From Bacilli bacterium (GTDB lineage: Bacteria; Bacillota_I; Bacilli_A; RF39; UBA660): a stretch of DNA of 64,000 bases. The DNA is taken from positions 7,937 to 71,936 of the forward strand of contig JAFWEE010000004.1 in the NCBI GenBank assembly GCA_017515795.1, read 5' to 3'. Both the position numbers and the translations under genes were made by a program. Positions 20,293 to 29,039 of the stretch are shown in pieces. How positions within the stretch are numbered: the first letter of the stretch is position 1; every line of letters begins with the position of its first letter. A model generated the notes under the pieces. The model was not told the DNA's origin. It searched no databases and worked only from the letters and a program-made list of their open reading frames with translations.

Positions 20293-21003
20293 ATGGAAGA
20301 ATTATATGATGTATTTACAAGGGATGGAGAATACCTAGGAACTAGACCTATCACAGATCATAATCATTATAATAATGATAATCCAGAGTTTTATTTTAAA
20401 ATAGTATGGATATTATTATTAAATGAAAATAATGAAATATTAATTCAAAAAAGAAGTAAAAATTTAAAAGTACATCCTGGTAAATGGGAATTATCTTCCT
20501 CAGGACATGTAAATTCAGGAGAAAACGAATTAGATGCTGCTTTAAGAGAAACTAAAGAAGAAGTAGGAGTATCTCTTGATAAAAATAATATTAGATTAAT
20601 AAAGACATATATTCATAAGGATGCTATTACATATACTTATATAGCAAGAATTAGAAATAATACTAATTTAACTCTTCAAAAAGAAGAAGTAGATGAAGTA
20701 AAATGGATATCTTTATATGAATTTAAGAATCTAATATATACTGATGATTTTGTTCCAAGAAATAGAGAATATTATGAATTCTTATTAAACTATTTAATAG
20801 TAGACCTAAAAATAGATGATAGAAATATTATTAAAAGAAATAATATTGAAGGTTTATCTAAATCTATGGATCAAATAGAAAAAGATAATAATGTAAAAGA
20901 AGGAATAGAATTAGATAGTAGTTTAAAGATAATTGATTTTGTTATAGCAGTTTTAATTATCTTATTAATTGGTATAGTAGTATATTGCATATTGAAAATG
21001 TAA
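20293..21003 (+). CDS. NUDIX hydrolase with C-terminal TM anchor
   Basis: Nudix box GHVNSGENELDAALRETKEEVGV. Hydrophobic C-terminal helix. Confidence 0.75.
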   Translation: MEELYDVFTRDGEYLGTRPITDHNHYNNDNPEFYFKIVWILLLNENNEILIQKRSKNLKVHPGKWELSSSGHVNSGENELDAALRETKEEVGVSLDKNNIRLIKTYIHKDAITYTYIARIRNNTNLTLQKEEVDEVKWISLYEFKNLIYTDDFVPRNREYYEFLLNYLIVDLKIDDRNIIKRNNIEGLSKSMDQIEKDNNVKEGIELDSSLKIIDFVIAVLIILLIGIVVYCILKM

Positions 21004-21037
21004 TATGTTATATTTAAAAGGGAATGGTGATATAAAT

Positions 21038-21946
21038 ATGATTAGTGAAAAAGATGTTTTAGTTAATATGATTAATAGTAGACTAAGAAATAAATTTCCT
21101 GAATTATCTTCTTTATCTGCTGAAGAAATTAATAAAATAATTTCTTTATATGAAGAAGCAATTAAAGAACCTGGTTTTGAATTATATGGTGATGGGCCAT
21201 GGCATTATTTATATTTTGGAGATGCTATTATAATAGAAGAATGCATTTATAATGTTATTAAATTAGAATCAAAATATGAAGTATTAGCAAATAGAATAGT
21301 AGATTCATATAAACAAGAATTAGATTTAAAATTAGAAAGAACAGTTTATTCTTATGGAGAACCTACTGATGAAACATATAAAGCACCATATTCAGAATTA
21401 CCTAAATATAGTTTAACTTTACTTGAAATGTGTACAAGAAGAATGGATAATACATTGACTTCTCATACAGTATATAATAATGAAGTATTATTTGCTCTTC
21501 AAAAAGATGTAGCTATTTATGAACAAGTAAAAGATGATTTAACTAAAAAAGATATTAAAACTCCAGTTTCATATGAAGATGTATATAAGGATGCTAAAGA
21601 AATAATTGGTTTAATAGAAGATAGCATTAAAAGAAGAAATGCAGACGAATCTTTTAATGTACAAGAGGATGTAAAAACTGAACAAGAATTATATGATAGT
21701 AATTATAGAGTATTCCCAGATATATATAAACAAATAAATAGACTTCAAGATGAAGAGACTAAGAAAAAAGAAGAAATAGTAAACCAAATAATCATGAGTA
21801 TTAATCCAAAAGAATTAGAATATGCACCACTTCCAGATTTAAAAAGAAGATTAATGGATTTAAGTCCTGAACATTTAAATATTATATTAAATGAATTTGC
21901 ACCACAAGCAGATACTATGCAAGGTAGTGGTGGACCACAAATGTAA
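21038..21946 (+). CDS. hypothetical protein
   Basis: RBS GGTGAT before ATG 21038 (the annotated ORF begins upstream at 21005; either start is possible). No recognisable domain. Ends ..QGSGGPQM immediately before tRNA-Arg. Confidence 0.45.
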   Translation: MISEKDVLVNMINSRLRNKFPELSSLSAEEINKIISLYEEAIKEPGFELYGDGPWHYLYFGDAIIIEECIYNVIKLESKYEVLANRIVDSYKQELDLKLERTVYSYGEPTDETYKAPYSELPKYSLTLLEMCTRRMDNTLTSHTVYNNEVLFALQKDVAIYEQVKDDLTKKDIKTPVSYEDVYKDAKEIIGLIEDSIKRRNADESFNVQEDVKTEQELYDSNYRVFPDIYKQINRLQDEETKKKEEIVNQIIMSINPKELEYAPLPDLKRRLMDLSPEHLNIILNEFAPQADTMQGSGGPQM

Positions 21947-21970
21947 TATGATGCCTATGGCATCACCTTT

Positions 21971-22047
21971 GTCCTTGTAGCTCAGTAGGATAGAGCAATT
22001 GCCTCCTAAGCAATAGGTCGGCAGTTCGATTCTGCCCAGGGACGCCA
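21971..22047 (+). tRNA. tRNA-Arg (anticodon CCT)
   Basis: Cloverleaf: acceptor GTCCTTG/CAGGGAC, D-arm GCTC..GAGC, anticodon loop CTCCTAA, T-arm GGCAG-TTCGATT-CTGCC, encoded CCA. Confidence 0.9.
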
Positions 22048-22054
22048 TTAGTAA

Positions 22055-22085
22055 TTAACTCCTATCATATGATAGGAGTTTTTTG
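22055..22085 (+). terminator. terminator after tRNA-Arg
   Basis: AACTCCTATCA-TAT-GATAGGAGTT stem followed by T6. Confidence 0.6.
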
Positions 22086-22111
22086 ACTAAATAGGTCAAT
22101 TATGGTATACT
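22083..22111 (+). promoter_or_regulatory. sigma-A-like promoter (TTGACT-17 nt-TATACT)
   Basis: Near-consensus -35 and -10 boxes with 17-nt spacer. A 23-codon K-rich ORF (22140-22211) with RBS lies downstream. Confidence 0.4.
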
Positions 22112-22252
22112 ATTGCTAATTTTCAAAGGGAGAAATGTAATGAAAAAAGATATAAAACAAAAATACAAAGAAGCAAAAAAAAATTATTTGTTGCAAAAAC
22201 AAAAAGTATAATTGCTTCTACTTCGCTTATTGTTGCTCTAAATCTTCCAATA

Positions 22253-22501
22253 TTGTTTTGTGCTCCAGTAGCAGGTACTCTTGGACATTTTTATAGAAAC
22301 GAAAAAGAAGAATCTACTAAGAGAAAATATTTTATAGCTGGGTTATCAACAGCTCTTATTACTGCAACTGCATATGGTATACTTTGGAGTAATTCAGAAG
22401 AATTAGCTAATAAATTAGAAGTACGAGAAAAAGCAATTGATGCAGAGTTTAATAAAATATATGTAAAATCATTAAAGCGTAGAATAAAAGAAGAGGAATA
22501 A
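22253..22501 (+). CDS. hypothetical small protein (TTG start, no RBS), doubtful
   Basis: Open frame only. One hydrophobic segment. No SD sequence. Confidence 0.25.
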   Translation: MFCAPVAGTLGHFYRNEKEESTKRKYFIAGLSTALITATAYGILWSNSEELANKLEVREKAIDAEFNKIYVKSLKRRIKEEE

Positions 22502-22577
22502 ACTCTTCTTTTTATTTGTATATTATTTGTAAATTATTACTTGTATTATAATTTATTATGATAAAATATTTATAGTA

Positions 22578-22946
22578 GTGGAGGTATATATGGATACAAG
22601 TATACTAACAAATAATGGTGTAGATATTAATAGAGGTTTAGAACTACTTGGAGATATGGAGTTTTATAATGAAACACTTGGACAATTTTTAGATACAATT
22701 GAAGAAAATAAAAATAAACTATTAGAATATAAAACTAATAATGATTTTGAGAATTATGGAATATTATCACATTCTATTAAAAGTGATTCTAAATATTTAG
22801 GATTTGTATCTTTAATAGATGTAGCATTATCTAATGAAATGGCTGGTAAAGAAAGTAATAAAGAGTTTATAGATAATAATTTTGATATATTTATAAATGA
22901 AATAAATAAATTTGAAGAAATCGGAAAGAGATACTTAGGGAGGTAA
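22578..22946 (+). CDS. Hpt (histidine phosphotransfer) domain protein
   Basis: ..GILSHSIKSDSKYLGFVSL.. matches the CheA-P1/Hpt phospho-His helix (HSIKG.A..G). Alternative start at ATG 22590. Confidence 0.6.
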   Translation: MEVYMDTSILTNNGVDINRGLELLGDMEFYNETLGQFLDTIEENKNKLLEYKTNNDFENYGILSHSIKSDSKYLGFVSLIDVALSNEMAGKESNKEFIDNNFDIFINEINKFEEIGKRYLGR

Positions 22947-22948
22947 CT

Positions 22949-23356
22949 ATGGAATTTAATCCTATAATTGATGAAAAAACTATATTAGTAGTAGATGACT
23001 CTAATATAACAAGAAATTTAATAGAGCATGTATATAAAGATAAATATAAAGTAATGATGGCTTCTGATGGTAAACAAGCTATGGATATAGTAGATGTTAT
23101 GCCAGAAGGAACTATTATGGCTATATTACTAGATCTTAATATGCCTAATGTAGATGGTTTTGGAGTACTAGATTATTTTCAAGGAAAAGGAATCTTAGAA
23201 AAAATACCAGTATGTATTATTACTGGAGAAGAAGCCCCTGAAATAATTGGAAAGGTTAGAACATATAATGTAGCTGCTATACTTTTAAAACCATTCTCTG
23301 TTAAACAAATAGAAGATGTAGTAACAAAAGCAATAGAACTAAGAAAGAATAGTTAA
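22949..23356 (+). CDS. stand-alone response regulator receiver (CheY/Spo0F-like)
   Basis: ILVVDDS.., phospho-acceptor LLDLNMP, conserved ..LLKPF. 135 aa, no output domain. Confidence 0.85.
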   Translation: MEFNPIIDEKTILVVDDSNITRNLIEHVYKDKYKVMMASDGKQAMDIVDVMPEGTIMAILLDLNMPNVDGFGVLDYFQGKGILEKIPVCIITGEEAPEIIGKVRTYNVAAILLKPFSVKQIEDVVTKAIELRKNS

Positions 23357-23397
23357 TATTCTTTTTTTTATGGTAAAATATTATTAGGTGATTATCT

Positions 23398-24222
23398 ATG
23401 ACAATTAAACTTAATAACTACTTTGATTTAGATAGTACTATTACATGTGGTCAAATATTTAGATATGATATTGAGGAAGATAATTCTTACACAGTAATAT
23501 TACCTGATAGAGTAATTAATGTTAAAAAAGTAAATGATGAGTTAATAGTAGAATCATCTAATAATGATAATTTAGAAGAAGTTGTTTTAGAGTACTTTGA
23601 CTTAAAAGAAGATTATGAATCAATTAATAAAGAAATATTAAAGAAAGATAATTCTATTAAAGATATTATAGAATTTTCTAAGGGGTTAAAGATTATTAAT
23701 GAACCAAGATTTGAGGCTATTATTAGTTATATGTTATCTACTAATAATAGTGTTCCAAATATTAAAAGTGCTCTAGATCATATATCTAAAAGATATGGAA
23801 AGAAAGTATTATTTAGAGGTAAAGAATACTATTTATTTCCAGATAGAAAAGATTTAATGAATGCATCTACTACTGATTTAAGAGAAGTTAAATGTGGGTT
23901 TAGAGATCAGTATATATATGATTTAATTCATAGTGAGTTAGATGTAGATTCTATAGAAAATATGACTACTAAAGATGCAATAGATTATTTAACTAGTTAT
24001 AAAGGTATAGGTATAAAAGTAGCTTCTTGTATATTATTATTTAGTTATAAAAAAAGGGATGTTTTTCCTGTGGATACATGGGTAAAAAAATATATGAAAG
24101 ATAAATATAATTTAGAGGGTATAAATAATATCAATGATTATATTTATGAAAAGTATGCTGAATACTCTGGAGTAGTACTTCAGTATATATTTAATTATAA
24201 TAGAAATAAAGAGGTTAAATAA
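23398..24222 (+). CDS. ogg: 8-oxoguanine DNA glycosylase / AP lyase (Ogg, HhH-GPD)
   Basis: HhH-GPD motif LTSYKGIGIKVASCILLFSY..PVDTW. Confidence 0.7.
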   Translation: MTIKLNNYFDLDSTITCGQIFRYDIEEDNSYTVILPDRVINVKKVNDELIVESSNNDNLEEVVLEYFDLKEDYESINKEILKKDNSIKDIIEFSKGLKIINEPRFEAIISYMLSTNNSVPNIKSALDHISKRYGKKVLFRGKEYYLFPDRKDLMNASTTDLREVKCGFRDQYIYDLIHSELDVDSIENMTTKDAIDYLTSYKGIGIKVASCILLFSYKKRDVFPVDTWVKKYMKDKYNLEGINNINDYIYEKYAEYSGVVLQYIFNYNRNKEVK

Positions 24223-24966
24223 ATGACGTTAGAAAAACAATTAAAGAAGAAATACAACATAAACGAAGAAAATGCTAAAGAGATTATTTCTTTAGTAGAA
24301 AAATATAGAGGAGAAAAAGAAAATAAAATTAATATTAGAATTCCAAAATATACTTTAAAAGAAGAATTAATGAATTCTATATCACATGGTTTAGCAGCAT
24401 TAGGTGCTATAGCTATGCTTGTACTTATGGTAATAAAAGCTAAAGGTGCTTTAGCAGAAACAACAGTTGCTTTATTTGGATCTGCTATGGTTATACTTTA
24501 TACATTGTCTTGTATATATCATGCTTTATCTCCTTCATTAGAAGGAAAAAAAATACTAAGAGTATTAGATCATTGTAATGTATTTGTATTAGTATTTGGT
24601 ACTTATATACCAGTAGCATTACTAGGAGTAGAAGGTCCATTTGGATGGGCATTATTTGGAGTAGTAGCAGCTATTACTACTTTAGGTATAGTTCTAACTT
24701 CAATTAATATAGATAAATTCCAAGTTTTAGAAGTTATTTGTCATTTAATAAATGGATGGTCTATATTATTTGGTATATCTATATTATTAGAAAGTATGGG
24801 AGTACATGGAGTATTATTTCTTTTAGGAGGAGGAATAATATATACTATTGGTTCTGTATTATATGGAGTAGGTTCTAAGAAAAAATATATGCATTCATTA
24901 TTTCATGTATTTTGTATCTTAGGAACTCTATGCCATTTCTTTGCAATATATTTATATTTATTATAA
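24223..24966 (+). CDS. hemolysin III / PAQR family membrane protein
   Basis: 7 TM helices. ..NSISHGLAALGAI.. and ..HCNVFVLVFGTYIP.. motifs. ~245 aa. Confidence 0.8.
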   Translation: MTLEKQLKKKYNINEENAKEIISLVEKYRGEKENKINIRIPKYTLKEELMNSISHGLAALGAIAMLVLMVIKAKGALAETTVALFGSAMVILYTLSCIYHALSPSLEGKKILRVLDHCNVFVLVFGTYIPVALLGVEGPFGWALFGVVAAITTLGIVLTSINIDKFQVLEVICHLINGWSILFGISILLESMGVHGVLFLLGGGIIYTIGSVLYGVGSKKKYMHSLFHVFCILGTLCHFFAIYLYLL

Positions 24967-24975
24967 GAGGTTACT

Positions 24976-26184
24976 ATGGAAGTAAAAGTATTAAGATTAA
25001 ATAATGAAGGAGAAGGTATAGCATCTATTGATGGAAAACTAGTGTTTATAAAAGGTGCACTTCCTAATGAAGAAGTAGATATAACTATTACTGAAGATAA
25101 AGGTAATTATTTTATAGGAAATTTAAATAGTATTATTACAAAGTCTCCTTTAAGAATTATTCCTAAATGTAAGTATTATGATAAATGTGGTGGATGTGAA
25201 TTAATGCATTTATCTTATCCAAATACATTAGAGTTTAAAAAAGAAAAAGTAAAGGGTATCTTTAAAAAGATATGTAATATAGATATTAATCCTAGCATTA
25301 ATTCTTATAATGAATTAAATTATAGAAATAAAGTTACTTTAAAAGTAAATAATAATAACTTAGGTTACTATGAAGAAAAGTCTCATAATATAGTAGATAT
25401 AGATTCTTGTTTATTATTAGATAACTCAATTAATGAAGTAATAACTAAATTAAGAAGTTTTATTCAAGATAAGAATCATAATATATCTGAAATAATGATT
25501 AGATCTATATCAAATGAGATTATGATTTCATTTGATAATTTAAATGAATTATATAAAGAAGAATTATTAAATATATTTCCTTCATGCAGTATTTATATTA
25601 ATGGAGAACTAATTACCGGTAACAAGAGTTTAATAGAAACTATTGAAGAATATAAGTTTATGGTTTCACCAAATTCCTTCTTCCAAGTAAATACTAAATG
25701 CTTCAAGGAGTTATATAAATATGCAATTAATAATTTAAATGGAAATGGTAATGCACTTGATTTATACTCTGGAACAGGTACTATATCAATACTTATGTCT
25801 AAGAGTTTTGATAAAGTATATGGCGTTGAAGTTAGTCATTCATCTATTATGGATGCTAACAAAAATATAGAATTAAATAATATATCTAATGTAGAGTTTA
25901 TTGAAGGTAAAGTTGAAGATAAAATAGATGAACTAAAAAAATTAGATATAGATACTATTATTATGGATCCACCAAGAAGTGGTAGTGATAACAAGAGTTT
26001 AAATTCAATACTTGAAATAAATCCTAATAAGATTATTTATATATCTTGTAATCCAGTAACATTAGCAAGAGACATAAATGTATTAAATGAAAAATATAAT
26101 ATAAAAAGTATAGAATTGTTTGATATGTTTCCACAAACTTCACATATTGAAAGTCTTTTGGTTTTAGAAAAGAAAGATGTTTAA
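24976..26184 (+). CDS. 23S rRNA (uracil-C5)-methyltransferase, RlmD/RumA family
   Basis: N-terminal TRAM domain, Fe-S Cys cluster (CKYYDKCGGCELMHL), SAM-binding DLYSGTGT, catalytic DPPRSG. Confidence 0.85.
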   Translation: MEVKVLRLNNEGEGIASIDGKLVFIKGALPNEEVDITITEDKGNYFIGNLNSIITKSPLRIIPKCKYYDKCGGCELMHLSYPNTLEFKKEKVKGIFKKICNIDINPSINSYNELNYRNKVTLKVNNNNLGYYEEKSHNIVDIDSCLLLDNSINEVITKLRSFIQDKNHNISEIMIRSISNEIMISFDNLNELYKEELLNIFPSCSIYINGELITGNKSLIETIEEYKFMVSPNSFFQVNTKCFKELYKYAINNLNGNGNALDLYSGTGTISILMSKSFDKVYGVEVSHSSIMDANKNIELNNISNVEFIEGKVEDKIDELKKLDIDTIIMDPPRSGSDNKSLNSILEINPNKIIYISCNPVTLARDINVLNEKYNIKSIELFDMFPQTSHIESLLVLEKKDV

Positions 26185-26275
26185 AAAACATCTTTTTTTA
26201 ATCGTAAAATAGTAATATTGCGATGTAATTAAAATGTAGAAAAGTATGATATAATTGATTATAGGAAGTGATAAA

Positions 26276-26566
26276 ATGGCTACTACAAAAAATTATAGAG
26301 ATTATATTTTAGAACAACTAAACTTATTAGATAATATTACTTGTAAATCTATGATGGGAGAATATTTACTTTATTATAACGGAGTATTATTTGGTGGTAT
26401 TTATGATGATAGATTACTTGTTAAAATAGTCGATAGTAATAAAAAATACAATATGCAAGAATCTATTCCTTATGAAAATGCTAAGCCAATGTATCTTGTA
26501 GACGATGTAGATAATCAAGAAAAGATAAGAGATATAGTATTAGATACTTGTAAAGGTTTGAAATGA
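26276..26566 (+). CDS. TfoX N-terminal domain protein
   Basis: ..KSMMGEYLLYYNGVLFGGIYDDRLLVK.. matches TfoX_N. RBS GGAAGTGA before ATG 26276. Confidence 0.55.
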   Translation: MATTKNYRDYILEQLNLLDNITCKSMMGEYLLYYNGVLFGGIYDDRLLVKIVDSNKKYNMQESIPYENAKPMYLVDDVDNQEKIRDIVLDTCKGLK

Positions 26567-26573
26567 GGATTTT

Positions 26574-26960
26574 ATGGATATTAGAAAGAGTAAAAATATT
26601 ACAACTATAACTTTAGTAATGGTATTTACAGTGTGTTTCATATTGGGAATTATAAGGTGGATTAATATATTTAATGAAAATGTTTTTGTAATAACAAAGG
26701 AAATTAATTCACATATAACTAATTTTACTATAAGTTTAATGTTGTGTACTTTAATTGGATATTTATTATTATGTTATAGAAAGAAATACTCAACTATTAT
26801 AATAATTGGATTAATACTAATAAGTACGAATCTTATTTATGAAACAATACTTCCATTTATAAATACAATAGATTTAATAGATGCAGTTTATGGAATTTTA
26901 GGAGTAATTATAAGTTTAATATATCTATTATTTATTGATAAAAAAGGCTTTGATAATTAA
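26574..26960 (+). CDS. small integral membrane protein (4 TM), unknown
   Basis: Hydropathy only. Confidence 0.4.
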   Translation: MDIRKSKNITTITLVMVFTVCFILGIIRWINIFNENVFVITKEINSHITNFTISLMLCTLIGYLLLCYRKKYSTIIIIGLILISTNLIYETILPFINTIDLIDAVYGILGVIISLIYLLFIDKKGFDN

Positions 26961-26969
26961 AATAATCGT

Positions 26970-27000
26970 AAGATTAAGATGTTACGATATGTTCTTTATC
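26970..27000 (+). repeat. 31-bp direct repeat, copy 1 (AAGATTAAGATGTTACGATATGTTCTTTATC)
   Basis: Exact match to 27679-27709. Lies in the leader upstream of the GNAT gene. Confidence 0.85.
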
Positions 27001-27127
27001 CGCAGTACGAAGTGTAACACTGCGGATGAATTGATATGTTCGTTGACCAAATACATGGTTAAACGATATGTTCGTTGACCGCATACAAGGCATGTAGAAT
27101 GTGTGTGTTTATTAGAGAGGTATTAAT

Positions 27128-27667
27128 GTGAAGAAAATAACTTATTTATTATTAACAGAAAAAAATTTTAATGAAGATTCATTAGATGATTTTTTAAGAT
27201 ACCAAGAGGTAAAAGAGTGTTGGAGAAAAAATAGTAATAATGAGTATGTCTTAGTAACAAACGAGTATGTGGAAGATTGGGACTTAAATAAACGAAGAGA
27301 AATAGCACGAGAAATTCTGCATAAAATTTCAGAAAAAGCTTTTGCATATGGTGCGTTCTGTGAAGAAAAAGTTGTTGGATTTATTTTAGTATCTAATGAG
27401 TTTTTTGGAAGCAGTAATCAGTATGTAGAGTTACTTTTATATCAAGTATCAGAACCATATCGAAATCGTGGTATTGGAAAAGAACTTTTTAAGTTGGCTT
27501 GTAAAAAAGCAAAAGAGATTGGTGCAAAGAAGTTATATATTTTAGCACATTCTTCTAAAGAAAGCCAAGCAGCTTATAGAAGATTAGGTTGTATAGAGGC
27601 AACAGAAATCAATAGAGTATTAGCAGAAAAAGAACCATATGATATACAAATGGAGTATGTTTTATAA
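27128..27667 (+). CDS. GNAT family N-acetyltransferase
   Basis: Acetyl-CoA binding motif ..QVSEPYRNRGIGKELFKLA... GTG start. Locally higher GC and CGA/CGT Arg codons, unlike neighbouring genes. Confidence 0.75.
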   Translation: MKKITYLLLTEKNFNEDSLDDFLRYQEVKECWRKNSNNEYVLVTNEYVEDWDLNKRREIAREILHKISEKAFAYGAFCEEKVVGFILVSNEFFGSSNQYVELLLYQVSEPYRNRGIGKELFKLACKKAKEIGAKKLYILAHSSKESQAAYRRLGCIEATEINRVLAEKEPYDIQMEYVL

Positions 27668-27678
27668 CACAATTACAA

Positions 27679-27709
27679 AAGATTAAGATGTTACGATATG
27701 TTCTTTATC
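27679..27709 (+). repeat. 31-bp direct repeat, copy 2
   Basis: Exact match to 26970-27000. Lies in the leader upstream of the Isf-like gene. Confidence 0.85.
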
Positions 27710-27792
27710 TCCATAACGATGAGAATGACATGTTCGTTATCTGCATACTAGGCATTGTGAGAGTGTCTGTTTTTTAGAAAGGAAGATATAGT

Positions 27793-28314
27793 ATGTTATT
27801 AATTAATTGTTCTAATAGAGAAAAAAATTGTTTTAAAATATTAAATGATATTAAAACTGGTAATGATAAATTCATATCTTTATCTGGTAAAGATATGAAG
27901 TTTTGTTTAGGGTGCGGTGCTTGTCATGAAAATCTTGAAAAGCATTGTGTTTTAGATGATTTTATAACTAATTATTTATATTATGAAATAATTAATGCTA
28001 ATGATATAGTTATAGCATCTCCAATGTATATGAGTAATATAAATGCAATATTTAAAAATTTATTAGATAGATTAAATCCATTTTATCAACATGATTTATT
28101 AAATGGTAAAAATTTATATTTAATTATGACAGGTGGTTCTTCAAATGAAGATAATGAAGAAGAAATAAATGGAGTAATTAAATATTTTGAAGGTATTAGT
28201 GAATGGATGCATTTTAATTTTGAATTCTTAGATTATTTTGAAGGTTATAATGCTATTGAAGAAATAGCTTATGAAAATAAAATAAATGTAATTAAGGAAA
28301 AATTAAATAAATAA
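27793..28314 (+). CDS. iron-sulfur flavoprotein (Isf) / NADPH-dependent FMN reductase-like
   Basis: Compact Cys motif C-x2-C-x2-C-x6-C (CLGCGACHENLEKHC) followed by flavodoxin-like ..IVIASPMYMSNINAIFKNLLDR. Confidence 0.65.
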   Translation: MLLINCSNREKNCFKILNDIKTGNDKFISLSGKDMKFCLGCGACHENLEKHCVLDDFITNYLYYEIINANDIVIASPMYMSNINAIFKNLLDRLNPFYQHDLLNGKNLYLIMTGGSSNEDNEEEINGVIKYFEGISEWMHFNFEFLDYFEGYNAIEEIAYENKINVIKEKLNK

Positions 28315-28334
28315 TCTTATAGAAAGGAACAACT

Positions 28335-28808
28335 ATGATTAAATTATTTGATAAAGAAATGAATGATAAAAAGTATGATATAGCTAATTATCAAATAGAA
28401 GTATTTCCATTAGATAATTTTTCACCATTTGGATTAATTATGAATGGTTTATATTTTCCTACTAGTGAACATGCTTTTCAATATTTAAAATTTGTAGATA
28501 CTAATATAGATATTGCTGAAAAGATTAGAAAAGCATTATCGCCAGATGAAGCAAGAAATATCGCTCATGAAAATAAAGAATATCGTCCAAATAATTGGTC
28601 AAATATTAAGTATGAGAAGATGGAAGAAGTACTTAGATTAAAAGTTAATCAAAATCCTAGAGTAAAAGAAGTATTATTAAATACTAAAGATTTAATAATA
28701 GCAGAATGTTGTATAGATGAAGATACTGATTGGGGAATTGATAATAATAATCAGGGTAATAATCATCTTGGAAATATATGGATAAAAATAAGAGAAGATT
28801 TTTTATAA
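28335..28808 (+). CDS. NADAR (YbiA-like) domain protein
   Basis: ..FSPFG...SEHAFQYLKF..SPDEARNIA..WGIDNNNQGNNHLGNIWIKIR matches NADAR/DUF1768. Confidence 0.7.
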   Translation: MIKLFDKEMNDKKYDIANYQIEVFPLDNFSPFGLIMNGLYFPTSEHAFQYLKFVDTNIDIAEKIRKALSPDEARNIAHENKEYRPNNWSNIKYEKMEEVLRLKVNQNPRVKEVLLNTKDLIIAECCIDEDTDWGIDNNNQGNNHLGNIWIKIREDFL

Positions 28809-29039
28809 TACGAAGGAGATAAATATAAAATTTTCAGAAGACGATGAACTATATTATTTAAAAATGGAACAAAAAGAATTTCCAACTTTTTATGATTCAA
28901 CTAGCTATAATTCAACTAGATCAAATGTATTAACTAAGAAGAATAAGAATAAAAAAAATAATAATGTAAATAAAAAAGATGTTTAATAGCATCTTTTTTA
29001 TTTATTATGTTATAATGAAGATAATAGAGGAGTGTTAAT

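Noticed and set aside
22140-22501. Possible A9-tract frameshift fusing the Lys-rich mini-ORF with the 22253 ORF
   Set aside because: Frame analysis shows a stop (TAA 22238-22240) in the downstream frame before any fusion point. No +1/-1 shift joins them.
21971-22577. Integrated element at tRNA-Arg
   Set aside because: No integrase/recombinase gene and no direct repeat of the tRNA 3' end downstream. The flank is simply non-coding.
26961-27800. CRISPR array
   Set aside because: Only 2-3 imperfect copies of a 16-mer plus one 31-bp exact pair flanking a gene. No regular repeat-spacer periodicity and no cas genes.
28824-28986. Possible ~50-codon Lys/Asn-rich ORF after the NADAR gene (RBS GGAGA, ATA/ATG start)
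   Set aside because: Too short and low-complexity, with no canonical start. More likely part of the 3' UTR/terminator region of the NADAR gene.
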